From Chiloscyllium plagiosum (taxonomy: Eukaryota), in assembly GCF_004010195.1 (NCBI RefSeq), contig NC_057753.1, positions 11,254,315 to 11,299,293 of the forward strand: a stretch of 44,979 nucleotides of DNA, read 5' to 3'. A program made the translations under genes and the position numbers. This document shows positions 34,570 through 44,979 of this stretch, piece after piece. The stretch's first letter is position 1. Every line of letters starts with the position of its first letter. The notes beneath the pieces are model-generated. The model made no database searches. It saw only the letters and a program-made list of their open reading frames with translations, and had not been told where the DNA came from.

Positions 34570-36030
34570 AGATATGTCCTCTGGGCCGGATGGGATTTAT
34601 CCTGGGATTCTCTGGGAAGCCAGGGAGGAGATCGCACAACCTTTGGCTTTGACCTTTGTGTCATCGTTGTCTACAGGAGTAGTGCCAGAAGACTGGAGGA
34701 TAGCAAATGTTGTCCCCTTGTTCAAGATGAGGAGTAGAGACAATCCTGGTAATTACAGACCAGTGAGCCTTACTTCGGTTGTGGGTAAAATGTTGAGAGG
34801 TAAAGTGATAGGATTTATAATCACCTAGAGAGGAATAAGTTGATTAGGGATAGTCAACATGATTTTGTGAAGGGTAGGTTATGCCTCACAAACTTTATTG
34901 AGTTATTTATGATTGTGACTGAATAGGTGGATGAGGATAAAGCGGTTGATGTGGTGTATTTGGATTTCAGTCAGACATTTGATAATGTTCCCCAGGGTAG
35001 GCTATTGCACAAAATACATAGGCATGGGATTGAAGGTGATTTAGCAGTTTGGATCAGAAATTGGTGGTGGTTGATGGGTAATGTTCATCCTGGAGTTCAC
35101 TTACTAATGGGGTACACCAAGGATCTGTTTTGGGGCCACTGCTGTTTGTCTATGAGAGCATAGGTTAGTAAATTTGCAGATGACATTAAGGTTGGTGAAG
35201 TTGTGGATAGTGCTGAAGGATGTTGCAGGTTACAGAGAGACATAGATAAGCTGTGGAACTGGGCTGAGAGGTGGCAAATGGAGTTTAATGCGGAAAAGTG
35301 AGAGGTGATTCACTTTGGAAGGAGCAACATGAATAGAGTACTGGGCTAATGTTAAGATTCTTGGTGGTGTAGATGAGCAGAGAGATCGCAGTGTCCACCT
35401 ACATAGATCCCTGAAAGTTGCCACCTAGGTTGATCGGGTTGTTAAGGTAGGTTAACTTTTATTGGTTGAGGGATTGAGTTTCGGAGCTACGAGGTTATGC
35501 TGCAGCTGGAGAAAACTCTGGTGCGGCAGTACATGGAGTATTGCGTACAGTTCTGGTCACCGCATTATAGGAAGGATGTGGAAGCTTTGGAAAGGGTTCA
35601 GAGGAGATTTACAAGGATGTTGCCTGGTATGGAGGGACGGCCTAATGAGGAAAGGCTGAGGGACTTGATGCTCTTTTCATTAGAGAGAAGAAGGTTGAGA
35701 GGTGACTTAATTGAGACATACAAGATAATCAAGATAAGGTTAGATAGGGTGGACATTGAGAGCTTTTTTCCTCAGATGGTGATCACTAGCATGAGGGAAC
35801 ATAGCTTTAAATTGAGGGGTGATAGATATAGGACAGATGTCAGAGGTAGTTTCTTTACTCAGTAGTAGGGGGCATGGAACTCACCAACTTTAAGGCATTT
35901 AAATGGTCATTGGATAAATATATGGATGAAAATGGAATAGTGTAGGATAGGCAGGCTTCAGACTGGTTCCACATCAAGGTCGGCGCAACATCAAGGGCCG
36001 AAAGGATCTGTACTGCACTGTAATGTTCTA
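34570..36030 (+). mobile_element. Degraded CR1 LINE RT region and 3' end
   Basis: GPDGIYP...PGNYRPVSLTSVVGK, VDVVYLDFS, FADD, LERVQRRFTRMLPG; upstream part at 33760-34090. Confidence 0.92.
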
Positions 36031-36298
36031 TTTTTGGATTGAGAGGGGAAACTGGAGGAAACCCACACATTAATAATGTATTATGGTTTGGTTAATGTGA
36101 CAATTAAATGCATCTATCTTTTCCAGTGTGGCTGGACAGGCCACCCAAAATAATGAACTAATAATGCACAATGATAAACTTACCAAGGAGTGCCAAAAGG
36201 TGGACAATGATCAGAGCGTGCTGGGAAACAGAACCCAACCTTGTCTAAACTGTCAATCTACATGCTGCAGAATGTAGACACGCAAACGGGACAGCTGC

Positions 36299-36798
36299 NN
36301 NNNNNNNNNNNNNNNNNNNNNNNNNNNNNNNNNNNNNNNNNNNNNNNNNNNNNNNNNNNNNNNNNNNNNNNNNNNNNNNNNNNNNNNNNNNNNNNNNNNN
36401 NNNNNNNNNNNNNNNNNNNNNNNNNNNNNNNNNNNNNNNNNNNNNNNNNNNNNNNNNNNNNNNNNNNNNNNNNNNNNNNNNNNNNNNNNNNNNNNNNNNN
36501 NNNNNNNNNNNNNNNNNNNNNNNNNNNNNNNNNNNNNNNNNNNNNNNNNNNNNNNNNNNNNNNNNNNNNNNNNNNNNNNNNNNNNNNNNNNNNNNNNNNN
36601 NNNNNNNNNNNNNNNNNNNNNNNNNNNNNNNNNNNNNNNNNNNNNNNNNNNNNNNNNNNNNNNNNNNNNNNNNNNNNNNNNNNNNNNNNNNNNNNNNNNN
36701 NNNNNNNNNNNNNNNNNNNNNNNNNNNNNNNNNNNNNNNNNNNNNNNNNNNNNNNNNNNNNNNNNNNNNNNNNNNNNNNNNNNNNNNNNNNNNNNNNN
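36299..36798. other. Assembly gap (500 N)
   Basis: Run of N. Confidence 1.
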
Positions 36799-36839
36799 TT
36801 CAGTGTAACAGTTAATGTGTTATGCTCCAGCTATTTATT

Positions 36840-37972
36840 TCAGCCACATTTGGAATATTGCGTGCAGTTCTGGTCGTCACGCTGCCGGAAGGCCGTGGAT
36901 GTTCTGGGAGAGGGTGCAGAGAAGGTTCACCAGGGTGTTGCCTGGTCTGGAGGGATCAACCCGGATTGTTTTCACTGGAAAGACAGAACCTGAAGGGTGA
37001 CCTCAACAAAATGAAGAGAAACACAAATTAGCTGGATAGGTATGGCACGCTGGTTCAGTGGTTAACATGGCGCCAGGGCTTCCGGGTTCAACTCAACCCT
37101 CAGGGCAATTGAGAGTGGAGTTTGCACATTCTCCCCCGTGGGGTTCCTCCAGGTGCTCTGGTCTATCTCCCAAAGATGTGCAGGTTAGGGTGGATTAGCT
37201 GTGCAAAGTTACCCATAGTGCCCAGGGATGTGCAGGTTAGGGTGGATTGGCCGTGCTAAATTACCCATAGTGTCCTGGGACGTGCAGGTTAGGGTGAATT
37301 GGCCAAGCAAAATTACACATATTGTTCAGGGATGTGTAGGTTTGGTGCATTAGTCAGAGGTTAAAGTAGAGCAATAGGGGGTAGGGGAAGGGGTCTAGGT
37401 GGGTTACTCTTCAGAGGATCGATGTGGACTTGTTGGGTCGAATGGCCTGTTTCTACACTGTTGGGTTTCTATGGTAGAGGTTTTTTGTCCCCCCAGGGTG
37501 GAAAGATCAACTCTTAAGAGGGCACAGGGTCAAGACGAGAGGAGGGAGAAGTGGAGGGGATGGTTTTTCACACAGAGGGATGGTAGGTATCTGGAACACA
37601 CTGCCAGTGGAGGTAGTGGAAGTAGGCACCTTTTTAAGGCGTATCTTGATAGACACATGAACGAGAGGGCATAGATTTAGGGTGAGGGGACAGATATAAA
37701 AGAGACCTAAGGGGCAACTTTTTCACACACACAGTGGTACAGGTATGGAATGAGCTGCCCGAGGAAGTGGTGGAGGCTGGTACAATTGCAACATTCAAAA
37801 CCCTTCCCCCAGCCCCATCCTGCACACCATCTGGATGGATATATGAATTGGGAGGATTTGGAGGGATATGGAGGGTGCTGGCAGGTGGGACTAGATTGGT
37901 TTGGGATATCTGGTCGACATGGTTGAGTTGGACCAAAGGGTCTGTTTCCATGCTGTACATCTCTTTGACTCT
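36840..37972 (+). mobile_element. CR1-type fragments with a nested SINE (37043-37472)
   Basis: PHLEYCVQFWS, a SINE with 3-4 internal repeats, and a CR1 3' UTR. Confidence 0.8.
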
Positions 37973-38742
37973 AAATGTACCTGTTTCAAATCTACCTGCT
38001 GTGGTCAGACAAACATTATGCTCCCTCCAGGATTAAAAAAAAATCCTTTGTCTGCTCCTGCGGATCATATCCGTAGGGAAGGTGTAGTCCCAGGCTCAGA
38101 GAGTGTCAGCCCTCACTGGAAGCAAAGTGGGTGTGAGAGCGGACCCTTCCACTTCACCCACTCAATGGGGTTCAGGTTGTGACTCACAGCGGCAGTAACA
38201 TTAGAACCCCACCCTGCACACCATCTCACTTGTGAAATTGCTGGTGTCGCTGCCCGAGGAAGTGGTGGAGGCTGGTACAATTGCAACATTCAAAACCCTT
38301 CCCCCAGCCCCACCCTGCACACCATCTGGATGGATATATGAATTGGGAGGATTTGGAGGGATATGGAGGATGCTGGCAGGTGGGACTGGATTGGTTTGGG
38401 ATATCTGGTCGGCAGGGACAGGTTGGACCGAAGGGTCTGTTTCCATGCTGTACATCTCTATGACTCTAAATGTACCTGTTTCAAATCTACCTGCTGTGGT
38501 CAGACAAACATTATGCTCCTTCCAGGATAAAAAAAAATCCTTCGTCTGCTCCTGCGGATCATATCCGTAGGGAAGGTGCAGTCCCAGGCTCAGAGAGTGT
38601 CAGCCCTCACTGGAAGCAAAGTGGGTGTGAGAGCGGACCCTTCCACTTCACCCACTCAATGGGGTTCAGGTTGTGACTCACAGCGGCAGTAACATTAGAA
38701 CCCCACCCTGCACACCATCTCACTTGTGAAATTGCTGGTGTC
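37754..38742. repeat. ~495-bp tandem duplication
   Basis: 37754-38248 and 38249-38742 are near-identical with scattered substitutions. Confidence 0.92.
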
Positions 38743-39117
38743 TCTGCAAGTTGCACGACTGGGTGAAGCCCTTCCCTCACACTGAGCAGGTGAACGGCCG
38801 CTCCTTGGTGTGGATACGCTGGTGCTTGCACACGGTGGGGGAATCACAGAAGCCATTGCCGCACACAGTAGCTGAATTTCTTCTCCTCGGTGTGGATGTG
38901 GAAGTGGAGCAGCAGCTGGTACGACCGGGTGAAGCCCTTCCCGCAGACGGAGCAGATGAATAGTTTCTCCCCGGGGTGGACCAGGTGGTGATGTGACTGA
39001 GTGAAGCCTTTCCCACGCTGAGTGCAGGTGAATGGCCTCTGCCCGGCCTGCAAACACCAGCACAGACAGGGAAAGGAAACCGTTCTCACATTCCCCGCAT
39101 TTCCATGGTGTCTCCAT
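38720..39117 (-). pseudogene. C2H2 zinc-finger pseudogene
   Basis: METPWKCGEC start; fingers spread over three frames (CSVCGKGFTRSYQLLLHFHIH; CGNGF...[33 protein letters not shown]); frameshifts and an in-frame stop. Confidence 0.85.
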
Positions 39118-40349
39118 GTTGCGGGTGTCCTCATCTCTCTCCGGGTTCGATGATCAGTTTAACACGCACTCATGCTTGCAGCTTGTGTACACTGTTACTA
39201 GCGAATCCTCTGATAATTGGAACACACTCACTCAGTCTGGAAAGCTTGTTCCAGTGACTACTCTGGTGTGTGGGTATGCGTGACTCTGATTTTCTACTCA
39301 CACTGACGTTTCAAACCTAATGAGACAGACAGACCGCCTCCTCTTCATTTTCAAGGCCATCAGTAAACCTGTCCATGTGAATCAAGTGACTGTCAGACTT
39401 TGACATGATGTTTGGTCTGAGATTTCTGCCTCCAAATTCTTCTCTTGTAATATTCCTGTGGAAAGAGATTGCTGTCAGTCCGTGATAGCAAATCAGAACA
39501 CAATTCTAGTTTCTGTGGAAAATTCTTTCCTCTCTTCATCCCCAAGATCTTTGTGTAGATCTATATGTAACTGTAAACCAGCAGGGTAATGGGGCTGACT
39601 GCATTTCTCCACAAAGAGCTGGTATGCTTTCAAGTTGTTGAATATACCTCGATTGTGCAGTATTGGTGTTCTTACTGTAGGATATTATATGCCTTCAGTA
39701 CAATTTACAAGGCTATAAATAACTGCAAATAAAGCTCTTGGAACCATGACTACCTGTTCAAATATGTAGCATATAACCCACTTATCTCTGTCCTATATTA
39801 ACACACGGTTTTCTTAAATCTCAGACTTCTGGTAAAGCTACCATTTCGAGTGTGAATGTTTGGACTTTTTCTATGTCATACCGACTATTACTGGATATAC
39901 ACCCAGTACTACACTAGGACTCCTGGTCAATGACGTGAGGCGTATCTTTATCCTCTTACAATTTTCTGTTCCATAAATGTTTCGACGAATGCCAATGTTT
40001 TTACCAGTCTTAGGTCCAACTCGTCCATGCCGACCAGATATCCAAAATTAATCTAGTCGCATTTGCCAGCACTTGGCCCATATCCCTCTCAACTCCTCCT
40101 GTTCATGTACCCATCTAGATGCCTTTTTGTGGAAGCTGTATTGCTTGCCTGCTTGTCAGTTGCTGACCTGTTTGCAAAACCACCACCCAGGAAGCAGAGG
40201 CAGCTCTTTGCTTAGCTGGCTTCCTTACCTGCAGCCACCAGCTCAGCAGAGGTCAAAGCCACTTGCCTAGCAAAGCCCCAACCCAGGCAGATGGTATTAA
40301 TGGGGGGGGGATGCAGTATCTGCAGTGTGCATTGACTCAAGGTCTGACA

Positions 40350-40660
40350 ACAATAGCCCGTTAAAGATTGCTGATGGGCAGGGCATGCTGCAAGGGCCTT
40401 CCAGAAGAGGTAATAAACCCTTTGATAAGGGAGAGTATTACTGCTGTAATTACGGACGATATTCCCGGGAATACGCTTAGGAAAGTTATTTGGGTGGAAC
40501 TGAGAAATAAGGAAGAGATGATCACCTTATTGGGATCGTAGTATAGGCCCCCTAATAGTCAGTGGGAAATTGAGAAACAAATTTGTAATGAGGTTTCAGT
40601 TATCTGTAAGAATAATAGGGTGGTTATGGGAGGGTATTTTAACTTTCCAAACATAGACTG
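40350..40660 (+). mobile_element. CR1 APE endonuclease fragment
   Basis: WVELRNKE...YRPPNS...FNFPNID. Confidence 0.75.
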
Positions 40661-40664
40661 ATGC

Positions 40665-40775
40665 AACTTCTGCCTCAGAACACTTCAACTCCAGGGCATC
40701 AGTGTGGACTACACCAGTTTCCTCATTTCCCGTCCCCTCGTCTTACCCCAGTTCCAACCTTCCAGCTCAGCATTG
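40665..40775 (+). mobile_element. Penelope-like ORF C-terminal fragment
   Basis: FCLRTLQLQGISVDYTSFLIS resembles the FRLGTLQPxGxNxDF end of PLE GIY-YIG ORFs. Confidence 0.5.
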
Positions 40776-41489
40776 TCCACGGGGTTCCAAAATTATGTCC
40801 CACTCCAAAGGCATATCTGGAGTTGGTGTAAATGTTAACAGACCTTTTGTCAGCAAGGATACAGGCTCTGGTAAGGCAAACAGTTCAGATGCCTGTGCAG
40901 AAGTTCCTTCTGGTAGAGCAGCAGATTCCAGGGTTTCAAAAGGTGTGCATATCACATAGCCAGCTAGCATTTTGGTGATCCAAGAGGCAAAGAGAGAAGC
41001 CATCTGTGAAAAGGATCATGTCTGGGTTGTCTAACAGCGTTTCAGAGAGGTCAGGACAGGGGTGACAACGTCTTGGACAACATGCAGACAATGATGGTCC
41101 TCTGCCAGGGAATCTTGTACAACAGGGAGAAGGGTGGCAGGGTTTAAAGTGGGGACCTCATAGCCAGTTCCCCTTGAAGCTGTAAAGTGCTGAGTCACTG
41201 CTGAATTAAGCAGCAGGGAAAGTGAATGAGGAACAAAAACTGTACAAGGACAATCTAGTGGAATAGGGGCGGATATTTCTACCATTGCACTGGCAGCCAC
41301 CACAGCTCGTAAACAGGCCGGCATGTTCCTTACAACAGGTGATAACTGCATAGAATAAAAGGCTACAGGGCGCCAGAGATCCCCATGTATTTGTGTTAGA
41401 TTATAGGATGCATATCCTTCCTTTTCGTTAACATAAAGCTGAAATGGCTACGTATGATCAGGTTTGGCCAGAGCAAGCACTGAGGTTAA
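40776..41489 (-). pseudogene. pol: Class I (epsilon-like) ERV pol: connection domain and RNase H
   Basis: LALAKPDHT*PFQLYVNEKEGYA...WRPVAFYS.QLSPVVRNMPACLRAV...LFTDG...TSAQASELFAL...VNIYTNSRYAFGV; frameshifted. Confidence 0.9.
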
Positions 41490-42712
41490 CATAGAATATT
41501 ACAGCACAGTACAGGGCCTTCTGCCCTCGATGTTGGATCGACCTGTGGAACCAATCTGAAGCCCATCTACCTACACTATTCTATTTTCATTTCTATGTTT
41601 ATCCAATGACCATTTAAATACCCTTAAAGTTGACAAGTCTACTACTGTTGCAGGCAGGGCGTTCCAAGCCCCTACTACTCTGAGTAAAGAAACTACCTCT
41701 AACATCTGTCCTATATCTATCACCCCTCAATTTAAAGCTATGTTCCCTTGTGCTGGCCATCACCATCCAGGAAAAAGGCTCTCACTGTCCACCCTATGTA
41801 TATCTTATATGTCTCATTTAAGTCACCTCTCAACCGCCTTCTCTCGAACAAAAACAGTCTCAAGTCCCTCAGCCTTTCCCCATAAGACCTTCCCTCCATA
41901 CCAGGCAACAACTTAGTAAATCTCCTCCGAACCCTTTCCAAAGCTGCCACATCCTTCCGATAATGCGGTGACCAGAACTGTACGCAATACTCCAAGTGTG
42001 GCCACACCAGAATTTTGTGCAGCTGCAACATGAACTCATGGCTGTGAAACTCGATCCCTCTTACAATAAAAGCTAACACACCGTATGCCTTCTTAACAAC
42101 CATATCAACCTGGGTGGCAACTTTCAAGGATCGAGGTACATGGATACCGAGATCTCTCTGCTCATCTATACTACCAAGAATCTTACCATTAGCCCAGTAC
42201 TGTATATTACTGTTGCTCCTTCCAAAGTGAATCACCTCACACTTCTCCATATTAAATTCCATTTGCTACCTCTCAGCCCAGCTCTACAACTTATATATGT
42301 CCTTCTGTAACCTGCAACATGCTTCGGCACTATCCACAACTCCACCAGCCTTAGTGTCACCTGCAAATTTACTAACCCATCCTTCTAAGCCCTCATCCAA
42401 GTTGTTTATAAAAATGACAAACAGCAGTGGCCCCAAAACAGATCCTTGCTGTACACGACGAGTAACTGAACTCCAGGGTGAACAGCTCCCATCAACCATC
42501 AACTTCTTTCAGCTAGCCAATTTCTGAACCAAACCACCCTTAATCCACGCCTCCGTACTTTCTGTAATAGCCTACTGTGGGGAACCTTATCAAACACCTT
42601 ACTGAAATCCATATACACCACATCGACCACTTTACCCTCATCTACCTGTTTGGTCGCCTTCTCAAAGAGATCAACAAAGTTTGTGAGGCATGACCTACCC
42701 TTCACAAAACCG
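41490..42712 (-). mobile_element. CR1 LINE RT and 3' end inserted in ERV pol
   Basis: QGSVLGPLLFVIFINNL, FNMEKCEVIHFG and PHLEYCVQFWSP. Confidence 0.92.
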
Positions 42713-42714
42713 TA

Positions 42715-42965
42715 TTAGATTAGATTACTTACAGTGTGGAAACAGGCACATTCTCCCCGTGTCTGCGTGGGTTTCCTCCAGGTGCTCCGGTTTCCTCCCA
42801 CAGTCCAAAAACATGCAGGTTAGGTGAATTGGCCATGCTAAATTGCCCGTAGTGTTAGGTGAAGGGGTAAATGTAGGGGAATGGGTCTGGGTGGGTTGCT
42901 CTTCGGAGGGTCGGTGTGGACTTGTTGGGCCAAAGGGCCTGTTTCCACACTGTAAGTAATCTAAA
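42715..42965 (+). mobile_element. Headless SINE flanked by inverted 3' tails
   Basis: 28-bp perfect inverted repeat at 42720-42747 and 42937-42964. Confidence 0.85.
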
Positions 42966-42974
42966 AAAAAAATG

Positions 42975-43504
42975 CAGGTTTTTGTTAACCACAAAATGGC
43001 TGTTCAATTCAGAATAACACAAAAAAAATGGCTGAAAGTAATGATTTGACTCAGTGAACCTGTGCTGCTGCTTTGCTGAATTAAGCTAAAATAGAAGATA
43101 AGAGAAAACAATGGATTTTTCATAATATGCATCATAAGACGGTGATTTGGTATTTGAACTAATCTTGAACTAGCAAGCATGGGATGATTTTGTGTGTCAA
43201 ACAATCTGTTTCTCAAGAAATATCATTGGATTAGCCTGCTGTCAGTCATGTCACCTTATTATAGTTGATTGGACTTTTCTCGTAATTAAGGCTGTGCTGT
43301 CTCTTAAAAAACATATAAATAATGTGTAAGTTTCGAATGTAATTGCGCAACTTCACCATGGAACCCAGAAGCTTTAACCTCCGTGTTGCTGGACAGATTC
43401 GCGACAAGGTGCCTTACTTTAGTAAACCTTGCTTTGTACAGATTGCATTCCATTGATTATTTGACCGATCTCGGACTGAAAAGGCCCCTTAAGGGGTGGG
43501 GTTC
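42975..43504 (+). mobile_element. 5'-truncated LTR related to 6901-7519
   Basis: Shares aaatatcattgg..gctgtca.t.atgtca...ttgattgg and TATA context with 7222-7330; ends TTCA at the pol junction. Confidence 0.65.
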
Positions 43505-44520
43505 ATATCGTCACCCTCAAATCCTGCATAAATCTCCACTGTGCCAATTTTCCTGCCTTAGGAATAGGGAGGATAGGAGTGTTGCAGGGGCTAGTGGGAT
43601 GCACCAGGATTCCTTGCTGTAGGTTGGAATAAATAACTGGTTTTACATCTTTGTTGACAGGTGACAAATTGTACTGTCTGATAGACGGTAGGATGGCCCC
43701 ACGTTTCACAGTGACCATATGAGGCAGAGCCGATATAATGAGGTCTGCGTCATTGGAGTGCTGTGCCCACAATGAAGGTGGCACATTGTTGAGCAGTAAG
43801 GGGCTGCCATAGAAGGGGGAGGGCAGTGGGGTCTGCAAGGTAAAGGTCACATCCTCGGACAAAGGAAAACAACACACACAAAACTCCTGTCCTAAGCAGG
43901 CAATCTGCATGGAGTCAGGATCCAGGAGTTTAAATTCCTTTGGCAAACTGCAGAGTCTGTGCACCATGGGCCCCAAATCCTTTGGGTACCAAGGGGCTTT
44001 AACTATTGGGAAATATGAGGGAATGAGGTGGGGTTATTTCAGAAAAGCGTTCTTTGTTCAGCTTTGAGCAGAACTTCCACAGCTAATCCCTCCTTACCAA
44101 CGTAACACAGGCCAGTCAATGTCAGTGTAGAAACCAGATTGAGATAAGGGTCTGTAATAGCGGAATAAGACGGGTCAGGTTCGTGAAGGTAAGTTGCAGT
44201 GCAGTGAGACTGGTCTGAACGATCCAGTGGGGGAGGGTGGTCATGGGAGATGGAGGGGCATTCAACAAATGCAGCAGGGAAGAGGTCAGGAACGTACAGG
44301 GTTGCCCAGGAAAGTCCATGTGTAAAGGGAGGGAGTAGGAGAGGACAAAGGCAGAAAAGTGGCCACAGCAACCAGCAAAAGGGAGTAATTAGAGTCAGGG
44401 CGTTCCAAGGTGAGGCCCTGTGGAGAGCAGTGAATGGAAGCGTTCAGTTTGCATACAGTCTGTCGACCGAGAAGGGTAAATGGACAAAAAGGGGAGATTA
44501 TAACAGTGTTTGTAGAATTT
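43505..44520 (-). pseudogene. pol: ERV pro-pol: protease C-terminus, 2H-like insert, RT N-terminus
   Basis: SPFCPFTLLGRQTVCKLNASIHCS (protease end); HCTA and PHIS motifs; PSIRQYNL...SPCNTPILPIPK...WRFMQDLR (RT start). Confidence 0.88.
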
Positions 44521-44979
44521 TTCTTTTAGCTTTGGCAGAAGCTGCTGGAGTTTTGAAAGAAGTACAACATTTCTTTTTCCTCTCTCAGCTACGAAATTGA
44601 CTCCACCTGAAACTGGTGTGGGATAGTGTTCAAGTAACAACCAAAACTCACTGAGTGGCGAAAATAGCCTCTTTGTTCAGCAATCACAGCACAAGGTCGA
44701 GGTGGTGATGGACCCTCGAAATACAGTTCTTACAGGAGCCCCTTTATACACAGTTCTTGCATATCATTACTATAGTGTTACATTTTTAATCTGTAGTACA
44801 CAAAGGTTTGAAGGGCTTCTGTCCTGGGAGACAGGAGATGGGTTAAAAATGTGCTAAATGCTAGCTACTATTCATAATCTATCCAGTCTGCTTGCATAAT
44901 TAGAAATGTTAGTTATTTCGTCTTTTACATTAGTACATGAGTTAAAAATACAAATACTCAGCCTACATGCTCTAAATAA

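Noticed and set aside
39540..40010. Unique-looking sequence possibly coding
   Set aside because: The frames I translated contain stops and no recognisable motif.
20277..44390. Functional link between hammerheads (2',3'-cyclic phosphate products) and the ERV 2H-like domain
   Set aside because: They belong to unrelated elements 23 kb apart; co-occurrence is expected in repeat-dense DNA.

Overview
Eukaryotic, repeat-dense genomic DNA from a cartilaginous fish. HE1-type V-SINEs with (TCTAA)n tails suggest a carpet or bamboo shark; this is an inference. There are two 500-N assembly gaps (14799-15298, 36299-36798). The window is part of a tandem C2H2 zinc-finger gene cluster: one intact 16-finger ORF (- strand), the 3' end of a second (+ strand, cut by a gap) and a frameshifted pseudogene. 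These sit among CR1/HER1-type LINE fragments, about 14 SINEs, one L1 fragment, several solo LTRs and two class I endogenous retrovirus remnants (LTR-PBS-gag MA; pro-pol). Most notable: (1) Penelope-like element ends carrying minimal hammerhead ribozyme motifs, including a nested fold-back cluster with three motifs and a recurring 14-bp target-site duplication; (2) an ERV pol with a 2H-phosphoesterase-like insert between protease and RT; (3) an old triplicated segment giving filled and empty paralogous sites, including a CR1-derived 32-bp minisatellite next to a CpG island with a duplicated CCAAT/YY1 module. All calls were made by eye without database searches, and boundaries of old repeats are approximate.
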